Counted from the first letter of the stretch, positions 19,907-29,845 are shown. The stretch: 64,000 bases of DNA from Candidatus Thiopontia autotrophica (GCA_014384675.1 JACNFK010000027.1:966-64965), one strand, 5' to 3'. Translations and numbers: made by a program. The notes: generated by a model not told the origin, from the letters alone.

Positions 19907-21985
19907 CTATCCAATGGTTATACCAGAGTGACGAAGTAGTGCATCAATCTGTGGCTCTCGCCCTCTGAACTCCACAAACAGCTCCATGGGTTCTCTCGAG
20001 CCACCCTGCTCCAGAATTGAGGATAGGAAGTGCAGCCCTGTGTCACGATCAAAAATTCCATTCTCTTCAAAACTTGAGAATGCATCAGACGAGAGCACCT
20101 CTGCCCATTTATAGCTATAGTAACCAGCGGCATAACCCCCTGCGAATATGTGGGAGAAACTGTGGGGAAAGCGATTAAATGATGGTGGCGCCATAACAGA
20201 GACCTGATTTCTCACCTGCGACAATAGATCATATATAAATTCCCCCCCATCATTCTTCTGCCTGGGGTCAAACTGCAGATGCATCTTGAAATCAAACAGG
20301 GCAAACTCAAGCTGTCTCACCATTGACATGCCGGACTGAAAGTTTCTGGATGCAAGCAGCTGCTCAAATTTCTGTTTTGGCAACGGCTCGCCAGTTTTGT
20401 AATGGCCTGAAAATAGTGGCAGCGCCTCCTCTTGCCAACACCAGTTCTCCATAAACTGACTGGGCAACTCAACCGCATCCCAGGGCACTCCTCCAATTCC
20501 TGCCACACTGGGGAAATCGATCTGGGTCAACATATGGTGGAGGCCATGACCAAACTCATGGAACATGGTCAAAACCTCATCATGCGTAAGCAGCGCCGGA
20601 GCATCACCAATTGGAGGGGTAAAATTACAGGTAAGGTATGCCACTGGAGTCTGAATGCCATCCTCGGTTTTGCTACGGGTCATGCAATCATCCATCCATG
20701 CACCTCCACGCTTGTGCTGACGCGCATAGAGGTCAGTATAAAACTGCCCACGCAACTCGCCATCCTCTCCCACAACCTCAAAGAAACGGACAGATTCATC
20801 CCAGACATCGACCCCCTCTCTCTGACTGATTGTGATGCCATAGAGTCTGTGCACAACCTCAAACATCCCCTCCAACACTCGATCAATCGGAAACCACGGC
20901 TTCAGCTCCTCCTCAGAGAGGCTGTACTGCTGCTGCTTTAACTTTTCGGCATAGTAGGCCATATCCCATGACTGCAGATCTGTGATGCCATCCTCTTGCT
21001 CAGCAAAGAGTCTAAGCTCCTCCAGCTCACCACGTGCGGTCTCCAGAGAACGTCCCGCAAGATCCTCCAGAAATTCGACAACCTGATCCGGCTCATTTGC
21101 CATTTTGGTGGAGAGTGAATACTCGGCATAATTTGAGAAGCCCAACAACTCTGCCTTCTCGTGTCGCAATCTCAGAATCTCAGCCATGATCGGAGTGTTG
21201 TCAAATGATGAGTCATGGGGCCCCTGATCTGATGCGCGGGTAACATACGCCTCATACACATCTTCCCGCAGGGATCGATTATCCGCATAGGTCATAACCG
21301 AGATATACGATGGAAACTCCAGAGTAAGGAGCCATCCATCTTTCTCACGCTGCTCTGCAGTCTGCCTGGCCATTGCTCTGGCGGATTCAGGTAGCCCTGC
21401 GAGCTCTGCCTCATCAGAAATCAGCCTCTCCCATCCATTCGTCGCATCCAGTACATTCTCCCCAAATTTTGAGGTCAACTCCGAGAGTGACTGACTTATC
21501 TCCCGGTAACGCTCCTGCTTATCGGCAGACAGATCTATTCCCGAGAGACGAAAATCTCGTAGCGCATTCTCAATAATCTTCTTCTGGGATGGCTCAAGCA
21601 TTCTGAATGATTCACTATCCGCAATCTCTCTAAATGCCCGATAGAGCCCCTTATGCTGCCCCATCTCTGTTGCATAATCTGACAACATTGGCAGACAGCT
21701 GTTATAGGCATCACGCAGATCATGACTATTCTTTACTGAGTTCAGATGGCTTACAGGTGACCAGGCCCGTCCCAGGCGATCCTCCAACTCTTCCAGGGGC
21801 TGAATCAATGTATCCCACTCGACTGGATCTGCGCCATTCAACAACTGCTCTACAGCAGCACGGTTCTGCTCAAGTAGTGCCTCAATGGCAGGCTTGACAT
21901 GTTCTGGCTCAATTTTAGAGAAGGGCGGTAGCCCCTCCATAGAGAGTAGCGGGTTTGCATGATCCATTATCTGTACCGTCGTCAT
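19907..21985 (-). CDS. prlC: Oligopeptidase A (M3 family metallopeptidase)
   Basis: 692 aa with the HEFGHGLHH zinc motif and overall PrlC-like sequence. Confidence 0.93.
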   Translation of the reverse strand: MTTVQIMDHANPLLSMEGLPPFSKIEPEHVKPAIEALLEQNRAAVEQLLNGADPVEWDTLIQPLEELEDRLGRAWSPVSHLNSVKNSHDLRDAYNSCLPMLSDYATEMGQHKGLYRAFREIADSESFRMLEPSQKKIIENALRDFRLSGIDLSADKQERYREISQSLSELTSKFGENVLDATNGWERLISDEAELAGLPESARAMARQTAEQREKDGWLLTLEFPSYISVMTYADNRSLREDVYEAYVTRASDQGPHDSSFDNTPIMAEILRLRHEKAELLGFSNYAEYSLSTKMANEPDQVVEFLEDLAGRSLETARGELEELRLFAEQEDGITDLQSWDMAYYAEKLKQQQYSLSEEELKPWFPIDRVLEGMFEVVHRLYGITISQREGVDVWDESVRFFEVVGEDGELRGQFYTDLYARQHKRGGAWMDDCMTRSKTEDGIQTPVAYLTCNFTPPIGDAPALLTHDEVLTMFHEFGHGLHHMLTQIDFPSVAGIGGVPWDAVELPSQFMENWCWQEEALPLFSGHYKTGEPLPKQKFEQLLASRNFQSGMSMVRQLEFALFDFKMHLQFDPRQKNDGGEFIYDLLSQVRNQVSVMAPPSFNRFPHSFSHIFAGGYAAGYYSYKWAEVLSSDAFSSFEENGIFDRDTGLHFLSSILEQGGSREPMELFVEFRGREPQIDALLRHSGITIG

Positions 21986-22050
21986 TACGTATTGGTGAGA
22001 AGATCCGGTAAACTATCAGTTCAACCAATGATACGCAACGGAATAAGTAG

Positions 22051-22587
22051 ATGAACAACATTCGCCCCTACAGGGAGTGGAATCCAGAGTTTGACGAGAC
22101 AGTCTTTATTGACCCCTCCGCACAGGTGATAGGGAGGACAACCATAGGCAGGGACAGCTCAATCTGGCCGCTGGTATCTGTGCGCGGGGATGTTCATCGC
22201 ATAGAGATTGGCGAGCGCACCAACATCCAGGACAACTCCGTCCTCCACGTAACCCAACCCAACGATACCGCACCAGACGGATACCCTCTGATTATTGGAG
22301 ATGAGGTCACAGTTGGTCACGGTGCAATCCTTCACGCCTGCACCATTGGCAACCGCTGTCTCATCGGAATGGGGGCGACCATACTTGATGGGGCAATTCT
22401 CGAGGATGAGGTGCTACTCGCGGCTGGAAGCCTGGTTGCCCCAGGTAAAAAACTTGAAGGCGGATATCTCTGGAGAGGGGCACCTGCAGTAAAAGCTCGT
22501 CCACTGACCGATGCAGAGCTTAACTGGCTCAGAATTTCGGCAGACAACTATGTTCGCCTAAAAAGTGAGTATCTTGAGGAAAAATAA
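22051..22587 (+). CDS. Gamma-class carbonic anhydrase family / hexapeptide-repeat protein (YrdA-like)
   Basis: 178 aa with left-handed beta-helix hexapeptide repeats and His residues in a gamma-CA-like arrangement. Confidence 0.8.
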   Translation: MNNIRPYREWNPEFDETVFIDPSAQVIGRTTIGRDSSIWPLVSVRGDVHRIEIGERTNIQDNSVLHVTQPNDTAPDGYPLIIGDEVTVGHGAILHACTIGNRCLIGMGATILDGAILEDEVLLAAGSLVAPGKKLEGGYLWRGAPAVKARPLTDAELNWLRISADNYVRLKSEYLEEK

Positions 22588-22590
22588 CTA

Positions 22591-23010
22591 GTGAAGATAA
22601 AACAGTGCGAAATAACACTAGCTGCAAAGTCTCGTGGCTTTCACCTGGTTACAGATGAGGTACTTCAACAGATTCCTTTCATCTCGGAGGCAAAAGTTGG
22701 ACAACTAACCATATTCATCAAACACTCCAGTGCATCTATCGCCATCAACGAATATGCCGACCCCCGGGTACTTACAGATATGGAGAATTTCTTCACGGAG
22801 ATCTGTGACAACAAACCGTATTACACTCACACCGATGAGGGGCCTGACGACATGCCATCACACATCAAGGCATCAATCATTGGATCAACCATTACCATTC
22901 CAATAACTGACGGCAGACCAAATCTTGGAATATGGCAGGGAATCTATCTTAATGAGCACAGGTCTCATGGTGGCAACAGGAACCTGGTGGCCACATTGAT
23001 ATTTGATTAA
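22591..23010 (+). CDS. YjbQ family protein (UPF0047, secondary thiamine-phosphate synthase-like)
   Basis: 139 aa, GTG start. Contains HSSASIAINE and DMPSHIKASIIGSTITIP motifs typical of YjbQ. Confidence 0.8.
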   Translation: MKIKQCEITLAAKSRGFHLVTDEVLQQIPFISEAKVGQLTIFIKHSSASIAINEYADPRVLTDMENFFTEICDNKPYYTHTDEGPDDMPSHIKASIIGSTITIPITDGRPNLGIWQGIYLNEHRSHGGNRNLVATLIFD

Positions 23011-23163
23011 GGAAGCTCTGATTAAGTCACTTCGTGACTCAATCAGAACTCCCTCTCAAGTTATCCTATGGGGGAAGGATTATAGTTCAGTATGTTACAA
23101 CAACACCTGTTGAGCCCTTCCCCCAAACCCCCATCCCATTACGCTTTTTCAGAGGTTCCTTAA
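23007..23163 (+). mobile_element. MITE-like element copy B (149-bp body 23011-23159 plus TTAA/TTAA flanking direct repeats)
   Basis: Ends are GGAAGCTCTGA ... TCAGAGGTTCC (10/11 inverted). TTAA occurs at 23007-23010 and 23160-23163. Internal stems are 23019-23030/23034-23045 and 23069-23078/23116-23125. The left TTAA contains the yjbQ-family stop codon. Confidence 0.85.
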
Positions 23164-23208
23164 CACAGCACCTTAACTTTCAGTTAAGACCAACTGCATT
23201 TACTTCCA

Positions 23209-24711
23209 TCAGCAGGTGCTCTCTCTGTTGTCCAAACCAGCCTCTGCCATCTCTACGGCGCGGAATATTGCACGGCCCTTGTTCATGGTCTCTTTCCACT
23301 CCAGTTTTGGAATAGAGTCATGCACCACTCCAGCGCCTGCCTGGACGTGAAGTTCCCCATTTTTTATAACTGCTGTACGAATTGCTATCGCAGTATCCAT
23401 GTTTCCATTCCAGCCAATATAGCCGACTGCTCCAGCATAAATTCCGCGCTTGACTGGTTCCAGCTCATCAATAATCTCCATGGCACGAATTTTTGGTGCC
23501 CCACTGACTGTTCCTGCAGGAAAAGTTGCACGTAGTGCATCCATTGCACTCATCCCCTTTTTCAGCTTTCCGGTGACATTTGAGACGATATGCATCACAT
23601 GGGAGTAGCGCTCAATCTTCATATTCTCTGTCAGCTCAACTGTTCCAGTTTCAGCCACACGACCAACATCGTTGCGTCCAAGATCAATCAGCATAAGATG
23701 CTCTGCCAGCTCTTTTGGGTCTGCCAATAACTCTTTCTCGAGAACCAGATCCTCCTCTTCATTGTGACCTCGACGCCTTGTACCGGCAATCGGGCGCACT
23801 GTAACAATGCCATCTTCTACTCTGGTCAGAATTTCTGGGGATGAACCAACAACATGAAAATCACCCAGATCCAGGTAGTACATATAAGGGGACGGGTTAA
23901 GTGTACGCAGCGCACGATATAGATTAAGTGGTGGGGCATGAAACGGGATAGAGAGACGCTGCGAGATTACTACCTGCATCACATCACCCTCAACAATGTA
24001 CTCCTTTATCTTCTCTACTGCATGCTCAAATTTGTCCTGACTGAACCCAGAGACAAAATCATCCTCCTTTACCCTGCGCCGTAGCCCCTCTCCCATAACT
24101 GGAATTGGTGTATTCAGTTTGGTAGCTATTTCATCAAGTCTCTGTTGCCCCTGCTGCCACGCATTCTGCTGTTTTGGATCAACATGGATAACAATGTGGA
24201 GCTTGCCACTAAGGTTGTCGAACACCAACACCTCTTCAGAGACCATTAGGATAATGTCGGGATTATCAAGAGGGTCCGCCTCTGGAATATCTGACAGGCG
24301 CTCTTCAATCAGGCGTACGGTATCGTAACCAAAGCAACCAACTACCCCGCCGGTAAACCTTGGCAGCCCATCACACTCGGCAACTTTGAAACGTGATCTA
24401 TACTCCTCTATCCAGCTCAGCGGATCGCTGCTCTCCAGTGATTTAATATCCTCACCATCTGTTTCGATAGTAATTGCATGGCCATTAACCCGGATAACTG
24501 TCTTTGCCGGTAGCCCTATAATGGAGTAACGCCCCCATTTCTCTCCACCCTGCACTGACTCAAACAGGTAGCTCCATGGCCCCTCTGCAACCTTGCGATA
24601 TGCCGACAGCGGTGTATCCAGGTCTGCCATGACCTCTCGGGTTAAAGGAATCCGGTTATATCCCTGCTGTATAGAGCTGTCTGCAAGATCCTGGAATGTT
24701 GATTGGTTCAT
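23209..24711 (-). CDS. trpE: Anthranilate synthase component I
   Basis: 500 aa with [25 protein letters not shown] and other chorismate-binding motifs. Confidence 0.95.
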   Translation of the reverse strand: MNQSTFQDLADSSIQQGYNRIPLTREVMADLDTPLSAYRKVAEGPWSYLFESVQGGEKWGRYSIIGLPAKTVIRVNGHAITIETDGEDIKSLESSDPLSWIEEYRSRFKVAECDGLPRFTGGVVGCFGYDTVRLIEERLSDIPEADPLDNPDIILMVSEEVLVFDNLSGKLHIVIHVDPKQQNAWQQGQQRLDEIATKLNTPIPVMGEGLRRRVKEDDFVSGFSQDKFEHAVEKIKEYIVEGDVMQVVISQRLSIPFHAPPLNLYRALRTLNPSPYMYYLDLGDFHVVGSSPEILTRVEDGIVTVRPIAGTRRRGHNEEEDLVLEKELLADPKELAEHLMLIDLGRNDVGRVAETGTVELTENMKIERYSHVMHIVSNVTGKLKKGMSAMDALRATFPAGTVSGAPKIRAMEIIDELEPVKRGIYAGAVGYIGWNGNMDTAIAIRTAVIKNGELHVQAGAGVVHDSIPKLEWKETMNKGRAIFRAVEMAEAGLDNRESTC

Positions 24712-25373
24712 TGAAAAAGTGACGGCAATTCAGCCATCGAATCAATTACTGCATCCGGGTTGGAGGTGCGAATATCCTCCCCATGGTTATAGCCGTATGA
24801 CATACAGACGATCTCAAATCCGGCCGCTCTGGCTGCCTTTACATCACTTACTGAGTCTCCAACCATAAGTGCTTCATTTGGTGCAAGACCGAAGAAATTG
24901 GACACATGGAGCAGTGGCCCTGGATCGGGCTTTTTTACACTCAGGGTATCGCCACTCACCACTATCTCAAATGCATCTGCAATACCAAGATCATTCAGTA
25001 GCGGGTTTGTATAGCGTGCCGCCTTGTTGGTTACACAACCAAGGCGAACCGGCTGACTTTTGAGCCACTCCAGCCCCTCTTCAACACCTGGATAGAGCTG
25101 GCTACGCTTGCTGGTATTTTCTGCATAAAGCTCTGAAAATATAGGAAGCGCCTGTTCAAACAACTCTCCCTCAGGTTTACCATCCAGAGAATTGGTCAAT
25201 GCGCGACCAACCAGTCGCTCCACACCATTCCCAACCCACTCACGCACTCTGCTCTCGCCGCGTGTTGGCATACCGATTTTGGACATCATCTCGTCCACAC
25301 ACCACGCCAGATCAGGAACACTGTCTACCAGTGTTCCATCAACATCGATCAACACCATACCGGGAAGCTTCAA
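24708..25373 (-). CDS. gph: Phosphoglycolate phosphatase (HAD family)
   Basis: [14 protein letters not shown] motif I and VGDSVSDV motif. It lies between rpe and trpE and overlaps the trpE start by 4 nt. Confidence 0.88.
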   Translation of the reverse strand: MKLPGMVLIDVDGTLVDSVPDLAWCVDEMMSKIGMPTRGESRVREWVGNGVERLVGRALTNSLDGKPEGELFEQALPIFSELYAENTSKRSQLYPGVEEGLEWLKSQPVRLGCVTNKAARYTNPLLNDLGIADAFEIVVSGDTLSVKKPDPGPLLHVSNFFGLAPNEALMVGDSVSDVKAARAAGFEIVCMSYGYNHGEDIRTSNPDAVIDSMAELPSLFQ

Positions 25374-25385
25374 CTACTTGGCTCT

Positions 25386-26078
25386 CTATACAGACGCTTT
25401 AGCCAGCTCAGCGCGCATTTCTCCAATGACGCTATCGTAACGATTTGGATCAGAATCCTGCCCTGCACCAAATATCGCTGAACCTGCCACAAAGGTATCT
25501 GCTCCAGCCTCTCTGATTTCACGAATATTGTTAACCTTGACGCCGCCATCAATCTCCAGACGGATGTCATACCCGCTCTCATCAATCATCTTGCGGGCTG
25601 CACGTAACTTGTCCATGGTAGCCGGAATAAAGCTCTGCCCCCCAAAACCAGGGTTCACTGACATCAGCAACACCATATCAATCTTGTCCATTACATAATC
25701 AAGATGACTCAACGGGGTCGCAGGATTAAAGACCAAACCGGATTTGCAACCTTGCTCCTTGATCAATGCCAACGAGCGATCGATATGCTCTGAGGCCTCT
25801 GGATGAAATGTAATATAGGATGCCCCAGCCTTGGCAAAATCTGGAATAATTCTGTCCACCGGCTTTACCATCATATGTACATCAATCTCGGCAGTCACCC
25901 CATGACTACGTAGTGCATCACACACTAGAGGACCAATTGTAAGGTTTGGAACATAATGGTTGTCCATTACATCAAAGTGGACAACATCAGCACCTGCTGC
26001 CAACACCTTATCTACTTCATCTCCCAGTTTTGCAAAATCAGCCGACAGGATGGATGGGGCAATCAGATTATCTTTCAT
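25386..26078 (-). CDS. rpe: Ribulose-phosphate 3-epimerase
   Basis: [26 protein letters not shown] and [10 protein letters not shown] motifs. Confidence 0.95.
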   Translation of the reverse strand: MKDNLIAPSILSADFAKLGDEVDKVLAAGADVVHFDVMDNHYVPNLTIGPLVCDALRSHGVTAEIDVHMMVKPVDRIIPDFAKAGASYITFHPEASEHIDRSLALIKEQGCKSGLVFNPATPLSHLDYVMDKIDMVLLMSVNPGFGGQSFIPATMDKLRAARKMIDESGYDIRLEIDGGVKVNNIREIREAGADTFVAGSAIFGAGQDSDPNRYDSVIGEMRAELAKASV

Positions 26079-26157
26079 GTTTATTCCTTCAAAAATGAGT
26101 TAATCAAAATGGGAACTCTACAGGATGGGGGGATATTTTTCATTTCCCCAGGGGAAA

Positions 26158-26943
26158 CTATTTTTTTCTGGATTCCTGAATTGCCTCATAGGCCATCCTG
26201 ATCTGATGGGTCTTCTCTGTAGCCATTTTCATCATCTCTTCAGGCAATCCTTTCGCTACCAGCTTGTCAGGGTGATGCTGACTCATCAAGCGACGATAGG
26301 CACGCTTCACCTCCGCATCGGTTGCATCCTGTTTCAGACCAAGCGCCTTGTAAGCAGCGCTTAGCGTTGGTCTGTTTGATGACCCACGTTGAGTGCTACC
26401 ACCAGATTTAACCATGGATTCCAGTTGATCATAGAGGGCGCGGGGAATACCCAGAATGGAGCTTATGTGGAGAAGAATCTTCTTCTCTGCAGGATGCAAT
26501 ACCCCATCCGCATAGGCTGCCTGGAGCTGAATCTCCATAAACATCTGGATTAATGTTGTACGCCTGCTTGTCTCTTGACGGAACTGATGAAGAAGGTCGT
26601 CCAGCGGGAAGCCTGCTCTCTTGCCCTCGTTAAACAGCTTCTCTGCTGCCTTGCGAAGATTGGCATCAAGCTGAAGGTGATCCATAACGGCACGTGCCAT
26701 CTGAATTTCATCTGCCGTTACCTTTCCATCAGCTTTGGCCACATGCCCCATAACAGAGAATGTTGCGGTAAAGAACGCAGTCTGCACCCTCTGTTGATTG
26801 CCAATACCCCATCCACCAGACGATGAGGCGCTACGCATCCCTTTGTCAAAATTATGTCCAAATGAGGCGCCAATCAATGCGCCGAGCGGCCCGCCCAACA
26901 TAAAGCCAAATGCACCACCCAATATTTTTCCTGCCCAACCCAT
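26158..26943 (-). CDS. djlA: Co-chaperone DjlA (membrane-anchored J-domain protein)
   Basis: Gly-rich N-terminal TM segment, TerB-like middle region, and a C-terminal J domain (YKALGL...RAYRRLMSQHHPDKL). Confidence 0.88.
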   Translation of the reverse strand: MGWAGKILGGAFGFMLGGPLGALIGASFGHNFDKGMRSASSSGGWGIGNQQRVQTAFFTATFSVMGHVAKADGKVTADEIQMARAVMDHLQLDANLRKAAEKLFNEGKRAGFPLDDLLHQFRQETSRRTTLIQMFMEIQLQAAYADGVLHPAEKKILLHISSILGIPRALYDQLESMVKSGGSTQRGSSNRPTLSAAYKALGLKQDATDAEVKRAYRRLMSQHHPDKLVAKGLPEEMMKMATEKTHQIRMAYEAIQESRKK

Positions 26944-26957
26944 ACTGCTATCCTTTT

Positions 26958-27018
26958 AAGTTACCTATGGAGCCATTCCCCCAAAACCCCCATCCCATCA
27001 AGCTTTTTCAGAGGCTCC
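26958..27018 (+). repeat. Remnant of the MITE-like element (right half, no left terminus)
   Basis: AAGTTACCTATGG + AGCCATTCCCCCAAAACCCCCATCCCATCAAGCTTTTTCAGAGGCTCC aligns to the right portion of copies A-C in the same orientation. It overlaps the last 6 codons and stop of CDS 26998-27627. Confidence 0.7.
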
Positions 27019-27627
27019 ATGTTGTTCAAGTATGCCTGCATGAAAAATAAGTCTTGGCAGAGACTCTTCACCAAAATGGTCTATCTGAATTCTGCTGATT
27101 CCTGCGTTTGGCACATCTATACGGAACATTCTCTCCATTGGCATTCCCAGAACATGGCTAATAATCATCCTGATCACCCCTGCATGCCCCACCACCAACA
27201 TATGCTCTCCTCGAAAATCATTAATTATCTGTTCCCACCGTACAGTAATCCGCTGAGAGAAATCACCAATGGTCTCTGCATCTGGTGGCGTATTATTTAT
27301 TGGATCACTCCAGAAACGGCGAAGGGACTCAGGATCATCATCCATTAACTCCTTGGCACTTTTTCCCTCCCAGGCACCAAACCCAATCTCCATAAAATCC
27401 CGAATCTCTTCCATTGGAATCTGCTCTCTCTCCGCAAGCTCGACCGCAAACTCACGACAACGACTCAATGGTGATGTTAATACCCTGTTCCATGGCGCGA
27501 ACTCCTCTACCACACTGCGCATCTGCTCCCACCCTCTCTTGCTGAGTGGATCATCAATATGCCCTCGATAGCGGCTTCCGCCCTCTGGCTCTCCATGACG
27601 AATAAGATCGACAGTGGTGAACTCCAT
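26998..27627 (-). CDS. Histidine phosphatase family protein (alpha-ribazole-phosphatase/PGAM-like)
   Basis: DLIRHGEPEG (RHG motif) and a later VVGHAGVIR motif. ATG at 27627 (MEFTTVDLIRHGE) is the likely start. The ORF-track start at 27741 overlaps ampE. Confidence 0.82.
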   Translation of the reverse strand: MEFTTVDLIRHGEPEGGSRYRGHIDDPLSKRGWEQMRSVVEEFAPWNRVLTSPLSRCREFAVELAEREQIPMEEIRDFMEIGFGAWEGKSAKELMDDDPESLRRFWSDPINNTPPDAETIGDFSQRITVRWEQIINDFRGEHMLVVGHAGVIRMIISHVLGMPMERMFRIDVPNAGISRIQIDHFGEESLPRLIFHAGILEQHGASEKA

Positions 27628-27653
27628 GTTATCAGGCAGAGCTTGTGAAACCA

Positions 27654-28508
27654 CTAACCACCATATCCAAACAGGATTAACAGCGCCAGGAAGGTTACCC
27701 ATACAATCTCTGATCTTCTGACCATCTCCAACGCATCCCATACCTCTTGCAGATCAGCAGGCTCACTACTCTTTACAGGCTCTAGACGTATAGCACCCAG
27801 TCCTGAGTTTCGTAAAATATCACTGTTGCTGCTCCAGTCACCCGCATGCTCTCTGATATTGTGGAACGATGAGGAGAAATCCCCGACCATTGCATAACTT
27901 ATCGCAACTATGTGTGCTGGTGGCCACGCCAGTAACTGATTTAGCTGCTGAATCATGGTTGGTTCGCCATCATCACTACTCTGAATATCTTCCAACATCA
28001 ATCCAAGCCTGACCAGTAACCCTGCCGCCGGGCCAAAAAGAGCAAACCAGAATATTACCGAGAAGAGTCGAGAGTTTGCCTCTATCAAGACAGACTCAGT
28101 CAACGCTCTAACCACACCCTGTTTATCTTCTGGTAGCTCACCTTCAAGCATCCCCTCCGCATGGAGAAGTCCACCCTCGATATCATCTTTTGACCAACTC
28201 TCCAATATGCTCTCAACCTGCCCGCGGAGATCTCTGGGGCCTATGGATAGAACAAGAACAACCACGCTAAAAAGCATCTCAGGAAGCCATCCTCCATCAG
28301 CCATCCACCAGTTTAGCTGCTCCACTATAAGCAGAGGCACAAAAAGTATCAGCAGGGTTGTGGCTATACCAACCCACTCTCCCTGAACCGATTGATGACG
28401 AACCACCCAGCGCCCCCAGACAGAAAACCATCCCAGGTTTCTGTACTCATCCAGAACACGGTAGAAACGCTCAATTCCCAGGGTGATCAATATAGCCAAC
28501 AGTGTCAC
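27654..28508 (-). CDS. ampE: Regulatory membrane protein AmpE
   Basis: 284 aa polytopic protein. Its N-terminus MTLLAILITLGIERFYR resembles E. coli AmpE, and it lies directly downstream of ampD with a 4-nt overlap. Confidence 0.8.
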   Translation of the reverse strand: MTLLAILITLGIERFYRVLDEYRNLGWFSVWGRWVVRHQSVQGEWVGIATTLLILFVPLLIVEQLNWWMADGGWLPEMLFSVVVLVLSIGPRDLRGQVESILESWSKDDIEGGLLHAEGMLEGELPEDKQGVVRALTESVLIEANSRLFSVIFWFALFGPAAGLLVRLGLMLEDIQSSDDGEPTMIQQLNQLLAWPPAHIVAISYAMVGDFSSSFHNIREHAGDWSSNSDILRNSGLGAIRLEPVKSSEPADLQEVWDALEMVRRSEIVWVTFLALLILFGYGG

Positions 28509-29107
28509 AGTTTTGTCTCCATTTTCTCAAACAACCTCTCCCACTCAAAAGCCGGTCCAGGATCACTTTTTCTGCCTGGTGCGATATCCGAGTGACCAAC
28601 AATTCTATCTTTAACAATCTGAGGATACTCTCTTTTTATTGCCGCAATCAAAGATGCCAGACGATTATATTGGATGTCTGTATAGGCGATATAATCACTC
28701 CCTTCCAACTCAACCCCTATTGAGAAGTCATTGCAACGCTCTCTTCCTCTGAAGGAGGATACTCCAGCATGCCAGGCACGTTTTGACAGTGGAACATATT
28801 GTACCAGTCGCCCATCACGATGAATGAGTAGATGTGCCGACACCCTCAGATCTTTTAATGCCTCAAGCTCCTGAACTTCTGTGGTATCCAGCTGGTTGGT
28901 AAACAGCTGATCTATGTACGGGGTTCCAAACTTACCAGCTGGCAAACTTATTCCATGAACAACCAGCAGATCAATCTCATCGCCATCAGGTCGCTCATCA
29001 CAATTAGGTGATGAAACTTTATCTGCCTCAATGATCCAGCCACCACCATCAATAGAGAAAATCGAGGTATTCAAATCAGTCCTGGTTACAAGATTCAGAG
29101 ATCTCAC
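28505..29107 (-). CDS. ampD: 1,6-anhydro-N-acetylmuramyl-L-alanine amidase AmpD
   Basis: SPNCDERPDG...LLVVHGISLPAGKFG...AWHAGVS...GHSDIAPGRKSDPG motifs. GTG at 29107 overlaps the CBS gene by 32 nt. The alternative TTG at 29074 would abut the CBS stop. Confidence 0.9.
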   Translation of the reverse strand: MRSLNLVTRTDLNTSIFSIDGGGWIIEADKVSSPNCDERPDGDEIDLLVVHGISLPAGKFGTPYIDQLFTNQLDTTEVQELEALKDLRVSAHLLIHRDGRLVQYVPLSKRAWHAGVSSFRGRERCNDFSIGVELEGSDYIAYTDIQYNRLASLIAAIKREYPQIVKDRIVGHSDIAPGRKSDPGPAFEWERLFEKMETKL

Positions 29108-29501
29108 ACATCCCCTTCAGAACCAGGTCGGTAAAGCTGACTATACCGACAACCTTCCTGTCATCCACTACCGGAGCTCGGGAGAGCTTGAAGCGTTCAA
29201 ACAGCCTTGCGCAGTACCGAATATTCATATCCGAATCGACGGTGATGACTGGCTTGGACATGATCTCGTAGACATTGACACGTTCCGGAGCACGCCCTTT
29301 GGCCAGTACCAGTCTGGCGATATCGGAGATCAACAAGATCCCGAACTCATCATCATCATGGCGCTTGTCCACAATCAGTGATTTGTTCTCAACATGATTC
29401 ATCTCAGTCAATGCCTCAGAGATTGTGGCAAGGCCATCAACCATATCGAAATTCTTCTTCATTACATCCTTTACGCGGACAACTTTTTCTCTTTCCATCA
29501 T
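29076..29501 (-). CDS. CBS-pair domain protein (stand-alone)
   Basis: 141 aa containing two CBS-like repeats (VKDVMKKNFDMV...; EIMSKPVITV...APVVDDRKVVGIVSFTDLV). ATGA overlap with the PII-like gene. Confidence 0.8.
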   Translation of the reverse strand: MMEREKVVRVKDVMKKNFDMVDGLATISEALTEMNHVENKSLIVDKRHDDDEFGILLISDIARLVLAKGRAPERVNVYEIMSKPVITVDSDMNIRYCARLFERFKLSRAPVVDDRKVVGIVSFTDLVLKGMCEISESCNQD

Positions 29502-29845
29502 ATTTGCTCCTCTACAACATCAGTCAAACTCTCGATCTGTTTCGAGATCCCAACCACATCCTCAATATCAATCTGGAAAACCACGCCTGTTCCCGGTTTA
29601 CTGAAACCACCTACATCTCCAATGGTCTCCAGAATCTTTCTACTAAGGTGCTCCTCAACAATGAACATTATCATGTCTCGATTTGTCTCCAACGAGAGTC
29701 CGAAGAATGTCTTGGTTACTTTCAGCCCCTCTCCCCGTGTATGGTTGATTACTGTGGCGCCTGTTGCCCCGGCATTTCTGGCGGCATTGAGCACCGTTTC
29801 AGTTTTATTCTCTCCAACCAATGCGATCAATAATTTGAAATGCAT
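29498..29845 (-). CDS. PII-like (GlnB-fold) small signalling protein, non-canonical
   Basis: 115 aa. MHFKLLIALVGENKTETVLNAARNAGATGATVI..RGEG resembles the beta-alpha-beta start and T-loop region of the PII superfamily, but it lacks the GlnB/GlnK signature. Confidence 0.65.
   Translation of the reverse strand: MHFKLLIALVGENKTETVLNAARNAGATGATVINHTRGEGLKVTKTFFGLSLETNRDMIMFIVEEHLSRKILETIGDVGGFSKPGTGVVFQIDIEDVVGISKQIESLTDVVEEQI

Noticed and set aside
23034-23315. ORFs reading through the MITE copies: 23034-23315, the tail of 10379-10717, and the 45476 N-terminal extension of rsmE. They give similar peptides (VTQSE.P.KLSYGGR...).
   Set aside because: The peptide similarity simply reflects nucleotide identity of the repeat. 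The frame is destroyed in copy C by a 29-bp (non-multiple-of-3) deletion. There is no consistent start or stop inside the element, and ORF B runs on into antisense trpE.
26143-26167. Hairpin TTTCCCCAGGGGAAA followed by T7 on the plus strand, next to the djlA stop.
   Set aside because: The T-run is on the plus strand, where no gene ends. On the minus strand (djlA) the stem is followed by an A/T-mixed tract rather than a U-run, and the 3-nt loop is marginal. It is not called as a terminator.
29498-29845. Considered annotating the 115-aa PII-like protein as GlnB/GlnK.
   Set aside because: It lacks the canonical GlnB/GlnK T-loop and signature sequences and has no amtB or glnA neighbour. Its context is DUF1538 membrane proteins, so only a generic PII-like call is justified.
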